In this document: positions 25,674 to 38,737 of the stretch, one piece after another
Layout: each line of letters starts with the position of its first letter
Numbering within the stretch: position 1 is the stretch's first letter
Origin: the human T2T-CHM13v2.0 reference genome, Homo sapiens
Assembly (NCBI RefSeq): GCF_009914755.1
Contig: NC_060947.1
DNA: 64,000 bases
Direction: 5' to 3' (one strand)
Notes under the pieces: model-generated
Databases searched by the model: none
Told to the model about the DNA's origin: nothing
The model's input: the letters and a program-made list of their open reading frames with translations, nothing else
Translations under genes and position numbers: made by a program

Positions 25674-26571
25674 GCCAAAATTTGGAGCCAGATAAACTTC
25701 AGCTTAATAGTGAACATCTTTTTTAAAATAGTTGCTAAATTAAATCCACATTTATAATGATGCAGTGCACTCCAAAATTAAACTCCAAGTAGCCTCGTGC
25801 CTGAGGCCACTTTTTTCTTGGTGAGTTTCTTGAATAGTCTGAAAACAAAATGGATTATAAGCAATCTAGTTTCTAAACATTTTACTCATCAGATGAATTC
25901 ATTTTCTGACTTGCAAATAAATACAGTTGTTAAAGTACTTACCACTGGCCAGTTTATTTTATACAGTTTCATTGTGTTTTTAAACAGATACCCCTCATTT
26001 GTCTGCATTATAGAAGTTTCCCAGGCTAGCAAAGTACTGCAGCAGTAGAACAGAGATGGATGTGAGTAGGATCTAAGACAACCCTATTAATTATCAAGTA
26101 GCCCCAGAGTGATTGGTTGTTGAAAAAGCTGAATTCTTCTGCATTTCTGATAAACAGTTAGAAATTTACTCTAAAGGAAAGCTTTGGTGGACCTTCAGTG
26201 ACACTTGTGTTCATGGTAAGGGAACACTGAAGTAAAAAGTTATATGAACCATGTGATCACAGGCCAAAGTAAACCTAAGATATGTTGGAAATTTACAAAA
26301 TAGAAGTGACATGGCTGAAAGGCACCTCAGCAAATGTGTACCAATGACTGAATGAATGCATGCCTTTTGTATCATGATGATACATAGTTACCCTGGAACT
26401 TAAATGACATTTCATAAGAATTTAGGAGAATAAAAATGAATTATTTGAGTAATGTATTAGAATTGAAAGTGTGGTCTATAAAAGGCCAGATATTTCTGAA
26501 ATTAATTTAGCATGTACACAAAATTAAAATCATTTAAAAATAATAAGCTATCATTTACCTTTTTTTACTGT

Positions 26572-26920
26572 TGCTATAGAGTGAATGTTTGTCTTCCTCC
26601 AAAATTTACATGTTGAAATCCTAACACACAATGTGATAGTATGAGAAGTTGGACCCTTTGGGAGGTGCATTGGGAGGCTCTGTCCTCATGAATAGGATTA
26701 TTGTCTTCATAAAGAGACCCCAGAGAACTACCTCAATCCAACAGCAAGTGAAGACATAGTAAAAAGACACACAGAAAGTGAGTTCTCACCAGATACTGAA
26801 TCTGCTGTCACCTTGATCTTGGACTTCCCAGCTCCAAAACTGTGAGAAATAAATTTATGTTGTGTATAAGCCAACCAATACATATTATTTTTCTTATAGC
26901 AGCCCAAACGGACTAAGGCC
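26572..26920 (+). mobile_element. MLT1A0-like solo LTR
   Basis: tgctatagagtgaatgtttgtc...ccttgatcttggacttcccagc...gcagcccaaacggactaagg; TSD actgt/aatgt. Confidence 0.85.
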
Positions 26921-27489
26921 AATGTTGACACTGCATTGAGGTGCAAAAGCACCAGTGGGTAAAACTGCTAACTCTGTTGCATAAATCAAGACAATTGCTT
27001 TCAACTGTATTATTACTCATTGTACTATGCATACCATACATTCATAGGAAAACAATAAGGCCAGCTTTACTCAGGTATGCCCTTGATGGAGTAGCAAAAA
27101 TGATTAGATTTATTGCATATTGGCTGTTGAGTATATATTCTTTTAGTATTCTGTTCAACAAAATGAGAAATATGCATAAAACATTTCTGCTACATACCTG
27201 GAATGCAGTTGTTTCAGAAAACACTTAAGTTGTTTCAGTCATGAATTCAACTAGTGCCTTTTTTTGGGAGGGGTTCAACTGATATTATAAGGCAAAATTA
27301 AAGAAGAGTTGAATAAAAACATTGTACTTCAGTTGGCAAATTTGTGTTCCTCTCAAAAGTATATGGATTAGGGATTCTTTTTGAGATTCAGTGTGGTAAG
27401 TTATTTCTCCATAAGTAGTTATTTTTACATTATGTGTCTCCTTTATATAGTATCTTTCTGTGTTTGGCTTCTGTCATTACCGCAACTGA

Positions 27490-30400
27490 TTTTTAAAAAT
27501 TTTTTTTTACATGAATAACTTCTTTAGTGGTGATTTCTCAGATTTTGGTGCACCCATCTCCCGAGCAGTGTACACTGTACCCAATGTATAGTCTTTTACC
27601 CCTCACTCCACTCCCACCCTTTCCCCTGAGTCCCCAAAGTCCATTGTATTATTTTTATGCCTTTGCACTCTCATAACTTAGCTCTCACTTACGAGTGAGA
27701 ATATATGATGTTTAGTTTTTATTCTTGAGTTACTTTACTTAGAACAATGGTCTTCAGTTCCATCCAGGTTGCTGTGAATGCCATTATTTCGTTCCTTTTT
27801 ATGGCTGAGTAGTATTCTATGGTATATACGTATATACCACATTTTCTTTACCCACTCGTTGAATGATGGGCATTTGAACAAGTTCCATATTTTTGCAAAT
27901 GCAAATTGTGCTGCTATAAGCATGTGTGTGCAAGGTTTTCTTTTTTGTTGTTTGTATAACTTCTTTTCTTCTCAGTAGAAACCCCGTAGTGGGATTGCTG
28001 GATCAAATGGTAGATCTATTTTAGTTCTTTAAGGAATATGCACACTGCTTTCCATAGTGATTGTATTAGTTTACATTTCCACCGTCAATATAAAAGTGTT
28101 TCTTTTCTCACCACATCCACACCAACATCAATTTTTTTTTAAATTATTGTCATTCTTGAAGGAAAAGGGTGGTATTGCATTGAGGTTTTGATGTGCATTT
28201 CTTTCATAATTAGTGTTGTTAAGCATTTAAAAAATGTGTTTGTTGGTTGTTTATATATCTTCTTCTGAGAATTGTCTATTCATATCATTTGCCCACTTTT
28301 TGATGATAGGATTATTTGCTTTTTTCTTGCTGATTTGTTTGAGGTTTTTGTAGATTCGATATTAGCCCTTTGTCAGAAGTATAGATTTTGAAGATTTTCT
28401 CCTACTTTTTGGGTTGTCTGTTTACTCTGCTGATTACTTCTTTTGTTGTGCAGAAGTTATAAATTTAATTAAGTCCCATAAATTTATCTTTGTTCTTATT
28501 GCATTTGCTTTTGGGTTCTTGGTGAAGAAATCTTTGCCTAAGACATGCCTAGAAGGGTTTTTCCAATGTTATCTTCTAGAATTTTGTGGTTTCAGCTCTC
28601 AGATTTAAGTCTTTGATACATCTTGAGTTTATTTTTGTATGTGGTGAGAGATGAGATTCCAGTTTTATTCTTCTACATGTGGCTTGCCAATTATCTCAGG
28701 ACCATTTGTTGAACAGGGTGTCTTTTCCCCACGTTATGTTTTTGTATAGTTTGTCGAAGATAAGTTGGCTGTGAGTATTTGGCTTTATTTCTGGGTTCTC
28801 TGTTTTGTTCCATTGTTCTAAATGCCTACTTTTTTACCAGTACCATGCTGCTTTGGTGGCTATGAATTTATAGTATAGTTTGAAATCAGGTAATGCGGCG
28901 CCTCTGGATTTATTCTTTTTGCTTGGCCTTACTTTTGCTATGTGGGCTCTTTTCTCATTCCATATGAATTTTAGGATTGTCTTTTCCAGTTCTGTGAAGA
29001 ATAATGATGGTATTTTGATGGAAATTGCATTGAATTTATAAATTGCTTTTGGTAGTATGATCATATGTACAACAGTGTTTCTACCTATCCATGAGTATGG
29101 GATGTGTTTCCATTTGTTTGTGTCATCTATGATTTATTTCAACAGTGTTTTGTAGTTTTCCTTGTAGAAGTCTTTCACCACCTTGGTAGGTGTATTCCTA
29201 AGTATTTATTTTATTTGCAGCTATTGCTGAAGGGGTTGAGTTCTTGATTTGATTCTCAGCTTGGTCACTGTTGGTGTATAGCAGAGCTACTGATTTATGT
29301 ACATTTGCTCTGTATCCTGAAACTTTGCTGAATTCATTTACCAGTTCTAGGAGCTTTTTAGATGAGTCTTTAAGGTTTTCTAGGTATGCCATCATGTCAT
29401 CAGCAAACAGTGACAGTTTGACTTTCTCTTTACTGAATTGGATGCCCTTTATTTTTTCCTTTTGTCTGATTGCTCTGGCTAGGACTTCCTCAGTTGAATA
29501 GGCATGGTGAAAGTGGGCATTATTGCCTTATTCCAGTTCTCAGGGGAGAATGCTTTCAACTTTTCCCCATTCAGTATAATGTTGACTGTGGGGTTGTGAA
29601 AGTTGGCTTTTATTACCTTAAAGTATACTCCTCCTATGCCAATTTTGCTGAGGGTTTTACTCATAAAGCTATGCTGGATTTTGTCAAATGTTTTTTCTGC
29701 ATCTATGGAGATAATAATGTGATTTTTGTTCTTACTTCTGTTTATGTGGTGTATCACATTTATTGACTTGCTTGTGTTAAACAATCCATGCATTCCTGGT
29801 ATGAAACCCACCTGATCATGGTGGATTTTTTTTTTTTTTTGATATGCTCTTGGATTCGGTTAGCTAGCATTTGTTGAGAATTTTTGCATCTATGTTTATC
29901 AGAGATATTTGTCTGTAGTTTTCTGTTTTTCTGTGTCCCTTCCTGGTTTTGGTATTAGGGTTAGCCTCATCTAATGATTTAGGGAGGATTTCCTCTTTCT
30001 TTATACTGTGGAATCATGTCAATAGAATTGGTACCAATTTTTCTTTGAATGTCTGATAGAATCTAGCTGTGAATCCATCTGGTCCTGGACTGTTTTGTTG
30101 ATGAATTTTTAAATACCATTTCAATCTTGCTGCTTGTTATTGGTCTATTCAGAGTTTCTATTTATTCCTGGCTTTACCTAGAAGGATTGTATATTTCCAG
30201 GAATTTTTCCATTTCCTCTAGGTTTTCTAGTTTATGTGCATGAAGGTGTTCATAGTAGTCTTGAATCATCTTTTATATTTCTGTGGTATTGGTTGTAATA
30301 ATTTTCATTTCATTTCTAATTGAGCTTATTTGGATCTTCTGTCTTATTTTCTTGGTTTATTTCACTAATAGTCTATCAATTTTACTTGTCTTTTCAAAGA

Positions 30401-33400
30401 ACCAGCTTTTTGTTTTATTCGTCTTTCACACTTTTTTGTTTTAATTTCATTTAGTTCTGCTCTAATCTTGGTTATTTGTTTTCTTCTGCTGGATTTAGGT
30501 TTGGTTTGTTCCTGTTTTTCTAGCTCTTTGAGATGTGACCTTACATTGTCAATTGTGCTTTTTTAAAACTTTTTGATGTAGATATTTAATGCTATGAACT
30601 TTTCCCTTAGCACTGCTTTTGCTGTATCCCAGAGATTTTGATAGTTTGTGTAACTACTATCATTCAGTTTGAAGAATTTTTAAATTTCCGTCATGATATT
30701 ATTGTTGATTTTATTGTCAGGAGAAGGTTATTTAATTTTCATGTATGTGCATGGTTTTGTGCATTCCTTTTGGAGTTGATTTCCAATTTTATTCCACTGT
30801 GGTCTGAGAGAGTACTTACTGCAATTTTGATTTTTTAAAATTTGTTGAGACTTGTTTTGTGGCTTATCATATAGTCTATCTTGGAAAATGTTTCTTGTGC
30901 TGATGAATAGAATGTATATTCTGCAGTTGTTGCGTAGAATGCTTTGTAAATATCTGTTAAGTACGTTTGTTTAAGGATATAGTAAAAAGTCCATTGTTTC
31001 TTTGTTGACTTTCTTTCTTGATTACCTATCTAGTGCTTTAAGGGGATTGTTGAATTCCCCCACTATTATTGTTTTGCTTTCTACCTCATTTCTTAGGTCT
31101 TGTAGTAACTGTTTTATAAATTTGAAAGCTTCAGTTTTAGGTGCATATATATTTAGGATTGTGATATTTTCCTTTTGGACTAGTCCTTTTATTATTTTAC
31201 AATGTTCATCTTCGTCTTTTTAAATAGCTGTTACTTTAAATTTTGTATGATATAAGTATAGCTACTTCTGCTCACTTTTGGTGTCCATTTGCATGGAACA
31301 TGTTTTTTCACCCCTTTCCTTTAAGTTTATGTGAGTCCTTATGTGTCAGATGAGTCTCTTGAAGACAGCAGATACTTTTTTGGTGAATTCTTATCTATTT
31401 TTTCATTCTGTATATTTTTAAGTGGAGCATTTAGGCCACTTACATTCAATATTAGTATTGAGATGTGAGGCATTATTCTATTCAGGCTGCTGTTTGTTTC
31501 CTGTATACCTTGTTTTTTTAATTGTGTTTTTGTTTTATATACCCTGTGAGAATTATGCTCTGAGGAAATTAAATTTTGATATATTTTGAGAATTTGTTAT
31601 AAGATTTATAGCTTTTCTTCAGCAGTTATTGTAGTGATGGCTTGGTAGTGGTGAACTCTCTCAGCAATTGTTTGCCTGAAAAAGACTGTATCTTTCCTTC
31701 ACTTAAAAGCTTAGTTTAAATGGATACAAAATTTGGGGCTGATCATTGTTTTGCCTGAGGAGGCTAAAGACAGGACCTCAATCTCTTCTAGCTTGTAGAG
31801 TTTCTGCTGAGAAATTTGCTGTTAATCTGACAGGTTTTTCTTTATAGGTTACATGACGCTTTTGCCTCATAGCTCATAAGATTCTTTCCTTCATCTTGAC
31901 TTTAAATAACCTGATGACTGTGCACCGAGACAATGATCTTTTTGTGATGATTTTCCAGATGTCTTTTGAGCTTCTTGTATTTGGATATCTAGATGTGTAG
32001 CAAGGCTGGGGAAGTTTTCCTCGATTATTCCTTCAAATATGTTTTCCAAACTTTTTGATTTCTCTTATTCCTCGAGAACACCAATTATTCTTAGGTTATT
32101 TAACATAAGTCCAAACTTTTTAGAGGCTTTGCTCATTTTTTAATTTTTTTTGTGTTTGTTGGATTGGGTTACTTCAAAAGCCTTGTCTTCAAGCTCTGAA
32201 GTTCTTTTCTCTACTTGTTTGATTTGATTGCTGAGACTATCCAGTGCATTTTCTATTTACCTGTGTCCTTTATTTCAAGTTGTGATTGCTTTTTATTTAT
32301 GCTATTTCACTGGATATTTTTTCATTCGCATCTCGTATCATTTTTTTTTTATTTAAGTCGGACATCACCTTTTTCTGGCGCCTCCTTTATTAGCTTAATA
32401 ATTAACCTTCTGAATTTTCTTTCTGGCAACTCAGATTTAACCGAGGTTTGGATCCATTGCTGGCGAGCTACTGTGATTTTTGCGGGGTGATAAGAAACTT
32501 GTTTTGTTATGTTACCAGATTATTTTTTCTGGTTCCTTTTCATTTGGGTAGACTATGTAAGAAGGAAAATCTGGGACTTAATGGCTGCTCTTCAGATTCT
32601 TTTGTTACATGGGGTGCTCCCTTGATTTGTTGCTCTCCCCCTTTCTTCAGGTATGAGGCTTCCTGAGAGCCATATGGCAGTGACTGTTATTTCTCTTATG
32701 GATCTAGCCACCCAGCAGAGCTACCATTCTCTCGGCTATTACTTGGGAATGTCTGCTAAAAGTCCTTTGTTGTGATTTGTCTTCAGGTTTCTCAGCCATG
32801 GATACCAGCACATGCTTTTTTGGAGTTAGGAGGTGAGTTACATCCACTCTGTGAGGGTCCTTGGTTGTATTTTTAAGTGTGCCGGTTTTGTGTTGGTTGG
32901 CGTCCAGCCAGGAGGTTGTGCTTTCAAGAGGCATCAGCTGCAGTAGTATAGAGGGGATATAAGCTTTCCCTAGGGTCAAGTGGTGGGGGGACCCATAGAG
33001 CTCCCCAGAGATTCTGTTTTCTGTCTTTGGCTACCAAGGCAGGTAGAGAAAGACCATCAGGTGGGGGCAAGGTTAGGCGTGTCTGAGCTCTGACTCTCCT
33101 TTTGTGGGGCTTGCTGAGGCTGCTGTGGGGGATAAGAGTGTGGTTTCCAGGCCAATGGAGTTGTGTTCCCAGGACAATTATGGCTGCCTCTGATGTTTCA
33201 CACAGATCTTAAGGGAAATTGGGGAAAGCCTGCAGCCACAGGCCTCATTCAGCTCCCATTCAGCCCGCAGCTCAAAAGACTGGTCTCACTTCCCCCATCT
33301 CCCCCAATAGCACCAAGTTTATTTCTAGGCAGCTGGTGAGCAGGGCTGAGAACTTGTCCCAGGCTACAAGCCTCTTAGCTGAGAAAGGAAGCCAAATCAG

Positions 33401-33590
33401 TTTCTTGGCTGTCCCACAGAGACTGTAGCAGCAATCCATCTCCTTCAAGGGGTCTGTGAGTTCTCTTGGCTTTTCTCATATGTTCCTGTGGTAATTCTTG
33501 GAGCAAAAGTTCCTGATGTGGGTCTCCATAGGCTGCTCTGTCTGAGAAGGAACTTCAAGTTAGTCCTGTCTCCTGTCTGCCATTTTTGGG
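27490..33590 (-). mobile_element. Full-length L1PB (L1PB1-like), degenerate
   Basis: 3' UTR tacatgaataacttctttagtggtgatttc; ORF2 fragments (29479-29811 [12 protein letters not shown]..., 28834-29064); 5' end aaaatggcagacaggagacaggacta. Confidence 0.92.
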
Positions 33591-35259
33591 GGATTAACCT
33601 AGTGACTGTTTTATGGAACACATCTTTACTTCAAAAAGGGCTTACAGAAAAAATGGTTATTCATGTTGGGATATTAGGAAGATTTTTTTTCAAAAAACTA
33701 CAAAAGGACTGTCAATTCAAGTATGTCAACTAACACTATTTGTTGCCGATGATAAAATTTGAGCTTTCAAATGAAACTTAGAACTTTGTAAAACTTGCAT
33801 TTACCACCATGGATCTGACAGGTTTCCAATATTTAATTATTTTCTTATAATATTTATGGAAATAGTATCAAATGTGATGCATTTTTTGATACTGTATAAT
33901 AAAATATGTTCACATTTGGAGGTTCTGCATCAATGAACGAATGTTTTTGAAATGAACAATATAATATGTTGTACAGCCATGCATGGAGAAAAGTTCAATT
34001 TAAACTACAAGATTGATCTATGCATTTTAATATAATAAGAAATATCGTCGATATATTTTCAGTGTCCATATTGCAACTTACGTTTATGAAACTAACACTT
34101 GCTCAGTTTTGATTTAGTGTCAAAGACTATCCACAACTATCTGTAATATCTTCTTAAAATACTTTTACTGTTTCAACAATGTATCTATGTAAGGCTGAAT
34201 TTTTTGTGTACATCAAATGAAACAATGTTTAACCACTGACAGTATAGAAGCAGATATTAGAACTAATTTTTTTCTATGAAACCACACATTGAGATTGCAA
34301 AAATGTAAAACAATGTTACTCTTCTTACTGCAAATTTTATTTTGTAAATGTAGTAGTACATTTTTATTAAAATAAATTATTTAGCTAACATAGATAATAT
34401 TTTATGTTTATTTTTATTAACATTGTTATTTATAGTTATTATTTTTGTGGTACTTCAGAATAAATAAATACGCTTCCACTTTTAATTTTTAATATAGAAC
34501 ATATTCGTAGATGAAATCTATATTTTAAAAAAACTCTTTATGCTTATCAATACTTTTTAAGATTGTAAAGGTGGCTTTGACCCAAAAGTTGAAGAATGAC
34601 TGGATTAACAAGTTTCCTCCAAAAGTGAAATAAAATTTGGATGCATCTGAGTTTACTTGTAAATGACTAAATTAACTTTTTTTTTCTACTGAACAAAATG
34701 GGAGTTTCAGGTAGAAATTAAGTTCAGTTACAGAAAAGCAGTTATATTTTTGCATCTCTGTATTTGTAATTTTAAGTTTTTATATTAACTGCATTTGTCT
34801 TTTTGTCCCCTACTGCCTGATTTGGAGGGTAATCTAGTCTCAGTAATATTTTATTGGAATTGTTCAACTATCTCAAGCCCCAATTTTTACCCCTTTCTGG
34901 TATTTTCAAGATTTTTGGTGACCTCATATAGTTCAGACATTTAGGAAAATGTCTTTGAGATTTAGCCCATTCCATTTGGTGCTAGGATTCTCATGTACAA
35001 GCCCAAATTTCCTATTAAAATATGTGCAGCCCTGTATTATATAGGATCCATATATTTCATGTGCATATTAGCTACCAGGGCTTTTTACACAGTGTCTAAG
35101 GCTCTTGAAAATTTCAACTCTTAAACATCCATGAGCTACTTTGATAGGAATTCTTATATCTGCTAGAATCCTGAATAATTTCAGGGCATGGAGCTTAAAT
35201 AATTTTTCAGATGCTTACTGAGTCTTAAGAAACTTAATTCTAGATTCTCACTTGATACC

Positions 35260-35936
35260 TGTGATGATGATATGGTTTGAATTTTTGTCCCCCACCCAAA
35301 TCTCATGTCAAGTTGTAATCCCCAATGTTGGGAGGTGATTGAATAATGAAGACGGATTTCCCCCTTGCTCTTGTCTTGATAGTGAGTTATCATGAAATTT
35401 GGTTGTTTAAAAGTGGGTAGCACCTCCCTCTTTGCTCTCTCTTTCTCCTTCTCCAGCCACGTAAAACATGCCTGCTTTCCCTTCAACTTCTGTCATGAAT
35501 GTAAGATTCCGTAGCCATGCCTCCTGTACAGCCTGCAGATATGAGTCAATTAAATCTCTTTTCTTTATAAATTACCCAGTCCCAGGTAGTTCTTTATAGC
35601 AATGCAAAAACAAACTAATACAGATGGTTAATTCTGTAAGTCAACTTGCTTAGGTTAAAATACCCAGTGATTCCATCACACAGTAATCTAGATGCTGCTG
35701 TGAAAGTATTTCATAGATGTGGTTTATATTTATAATCAGTTGACAGTTTATTCTTCATAATATATGTGGACATTATCTAATAAGTTGAAATGTTTTAAAA
35801 GAAAACACTGAGATATCCTTGAAGAAGAAAAAAAGGTCTCGACTGCAGCATCAAATTCTGCCAGAGATAATTCTGCCAGACTGCCCTATTAATGTGCCAG
35901 ATTCCTGTAATTGCATGAGCTAATTCCTTGAAATAA

Positions 35937-35977
<41 letters not shown>

Positions 35978-36024
35978 CAAATTTCTTTCTTGTTTTATTT
36001 TTTTGGAGAACCCTGACTAATACA
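35260..36024 (+). mobile_element. MLT2D-like ERVL LTR split after ~8 bp by MSTA; contains (TG)n
   Basis: tgtgatg|gttaattctgtaagtcaacttg...ggagaaccctgactaataca. Confidence 0.8.
35268..35622 (+). mobile_element. MSTA solo LTR
   Basis: tgatatggtttg...cctgtacagcctgcag...ctaataca; TSD gatga/gatgg. Confidence 0.88.
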
Positions 36025-37460
36025 TATTTTGGTATTGAGAGTGTGGTGTGCTACTATCCCAGTCCATTTCCTGAAAAACGAAGAGCTGCAGGGTTTCAGT
36101 GGAGCTTAGAATAAGAGAAGGCTCTGCATCAGGTTCAGGCTATAATGAAAGCTGATATGTTACTTGGGACATATGATTCAGCAGATCCAATGGTGCTTGA
36201 GATATCACTGTCAGATAGGGATGCTGTTTGGAGCATTTTGGAGGCCTGTGTAGGTGAATTACAGTGCAGATCCTTAGAACTGTGAAGCAAATTGCTGCCC
36301 TTGTCTGTGTATAACTATTCTGTTTTTTGGAAATGGTTTTGGCTTCCTACAGAACACTTAGTCATGGTCTATCAAGTTACCATATGACCTAAACTTCCTG
36401 GTTTGCAGATGGTTCTGTATGATATGCAGCACAATCAGAAAGTGAAGAGCTACAGCACTTTAGTGCCTTTCTGAGACTTCCTCAAAGGACAGTCATAAAG
36501 AAACATCTCCCAATGGGCATAATTTCAAACAGTGCACTTCGTTATTTATTTTTTGGCAAAAAGAAATGTTCAGAGGTATGAGCATATACCAGTTCATGCG
36601 ATGTGGCCAGTGGTTTTGCCATATAATCAGGGATTTGGCAAGAACCAGATTGGAAAGTTGGTAACTAGGAGGTCTGAGGAAGAGGTATGTGGAGAGTCCT
36701 CTCTGTATGAGCATAAAAGTAAAGATATTTGTATGCTATGTGAATGCTCACCAAAGGGTGACCACAACTGAGAAGAATTTAAATATATATATGCATTGGC
36801 TCAACAACACAATCTTCAACTTACCAAGGCTGACCTGGTTATAGCCATGACTGAGTGCCCAATATGCCAGCAGCAGAGGCCAATACTGAGTCCCAGATAT
36901 TGCACCATTCCCCACAATGAACAGCAAGCTACCTCGTGGCAGGTGGATTACATTGGCTTACTTTCACTATGAAAGGAGAAATACTCTGCTCTTACCAAAG
37001 TAGACACTTTGGAAATTGATTTGTCTATTCTTCATGCAATTGTTCGGTCAAACATACTATCTGTGGACTTACAAAATGCCTTATCCACTGTCATGGTATC
37101 ACACATGACACTGTTTCTTATCAAGGAACTCACTTCACTGCAAATGAAGTGCAGCAATGGTCCCATCTTTATGGGATTCACTGGTGGTACCACGTTTCCA
37201 ATCATTCTGAAGTAGCTGGCTTGGTAGAATGATAAAATGGTCTTTTCAATACTCATTTATAACCCAGTTAGGTGCTTATAGGGCTTGGGCAATGTTTTTG
37301 AGTAGGTTGAACATGTTCTAAATCAGTGCCCAATAAATGGAGTTGTCACTTTCATATCCAGCATTTGCAAGTTACGAGGCAAGTGAATTGGAGTGGCGCT
37401 ACTCAGTATTACCTCTAATGATCCACTAGCAAAATTTCTGCTTCCTGTTCCTGTGGTTTC
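36025..37460 (+). pseudogene. pol: ERVL internal remnant: leader joined directly to pol (connection, RNase H, integrase)
   Basis: tattttggtattgagagtg leader; integrase AQQHNLQLTKADLVIAMTECPICQQQRPILSPRYCTIP...WQVDYIG at ~36800-36957; frameshifted. Confidence 0.82.
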
Positions 37461-37564
37461 CTATATATACGTGTGTGTGTGTGTGTGTGTGTGCCTGTGT
37501 GATCTTTGTTTTTTTGTTTATCCTCTTATTCTATAAGATGTATTAATAATAATAATCTTTATAT

Positions 37565-37840
37565 CACGCCTACCTGTACTTGTGCTACATCAGCTAAAAA
37601 TGAACGTTGAATAAGATACAAAGCCTCATAATATACTGTACAACACGTACAGCATACAATTAAAAATCACTCATTATACCAATAACTAGTAAAATCACAA
37701 GATGAAGGTGAAAATACCACACTAAGCTTTTTCAGCTGTCCCAGTTATCTGACAAAGGTATTAAAACAGTCACAATAATAAAATTTTAGTAAGAAATTAC
37801 AAATTTACCAGACAAATTAAAAGTACAAAATTGCAATAAA
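37565..37840 (+). mobile_element. Old L1M 5'/ORF1 fragment
   Basis: aaaatcactcattataccaataactag...gttatctgacaaagg resembles L1M4/L1MC ORF1 start. Confidence 0.45.
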
Positions 37841-37844
37841 ATTT

Positions 37845-38255
37845 CTACTAAAAGTAGAACTACCATATGACCCAGCAATGTAACTACTGGGTATATACTA
37901 AAAAGAAAGGTAATATTGCAAACAAAGTGTTATCTGAACTCTTACATTTGTTGCAGCATTGTTTACAATAGCCCAGATTTTGAAGCAATTTAAGTGTCCA
38001 TCAACAGAGAAATGGATAAAAAACGTGGCACATATATGCAATGGAGTACTATTTAGTCACAAAGAAGAATGAAATGCTGTCATTTGCAACAACATAGATG
38101 GAACTGGATATTATTACGCAGAGTGAAATAAGCCAGACACAGAAATACAAACATTACATGTTCTCGCTTATTTGTGGGATCCAAAATTCAAAACAAACTC
38201 ATGGACATAGAGAGTAGAAGAATGGTTATTAGAGGCTTGAAAGGGTAATGGGGTG
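37845..38255 (+). mobile_element. L1MA 3' fragment
   Basis: gtagaactaccatatgacccagcaat...gtcatttgcaacaacatagatggaactgga...catggacatagagagtagaag. Confidence 0.85.
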
Positions 38256-38329
38256 CTTATTTACCCCAAGGTGGTGGAGCTTATTTTTCCAGCTTCCAAT
38301 CATATGATTTCTCTGATTAATAGATGATG

Positions 38330-38737
38330 ATGGAAAGATAATTATGAGAATTCTGAATGTAAGCCTCAAAATGCCTAGAACTTTCTGCTTTCTCTCTAAG
38401 AGGACTGCAAATTTGTAAACAAGCCTGTTGCAGCCTTCTTGAGGGTGAGAAAGTTTGTAGTGAGAATAAACACATGGAGAGAGAGGCCTTGATATTTTGG
38501 CCATCACAACTAAGGTCGATATGGGTAAATAAGGCCATTTAGGACCAGCAAGGCTGTAGCTGACAGGCCAACTGACTGCATAGCTAATTGAACCCAGCCA
38601 GTGCCAACCATAGCAAAAATGACCAGCTTCAGCTGTGGCCTGCCAAAATATTCAACCTGCTGAATCAAGAAGAAATAAATGGTTACTGCTTAGTATCCTA
38701 ATTTTGAGTGGTTTGTTATGCAAGAATAGAAAAGACA
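38330..38737 (+). mobile_element. MLT1H/J-like LTR
   Basis: cacatggagagagaggcc...aataaatggttactg...ttttgagtggtttgttatgcaagaatag. Confidence 0.6.

Larger units (their letters stand above)
26456..34602 (+). mobile_element. Charlie1a (hAT) in three pieces: 26456-26571, 26921-27265, 33594-34602
   Basis: aaagtgtggtc start; gtgcaaaagcaccagtgggtaaaactgct; gtatttgttgcc-like gataaaatttgagctttcaa; end caaaagttgaagaatgactg; pieces sum to about 1.47 kb. Confidence 0.8.

Noticed and set aside
27490-33590. Active L1
   Set aside because: ORF1 and ORF2 are broken into short fragments; old L1PB subfamily.
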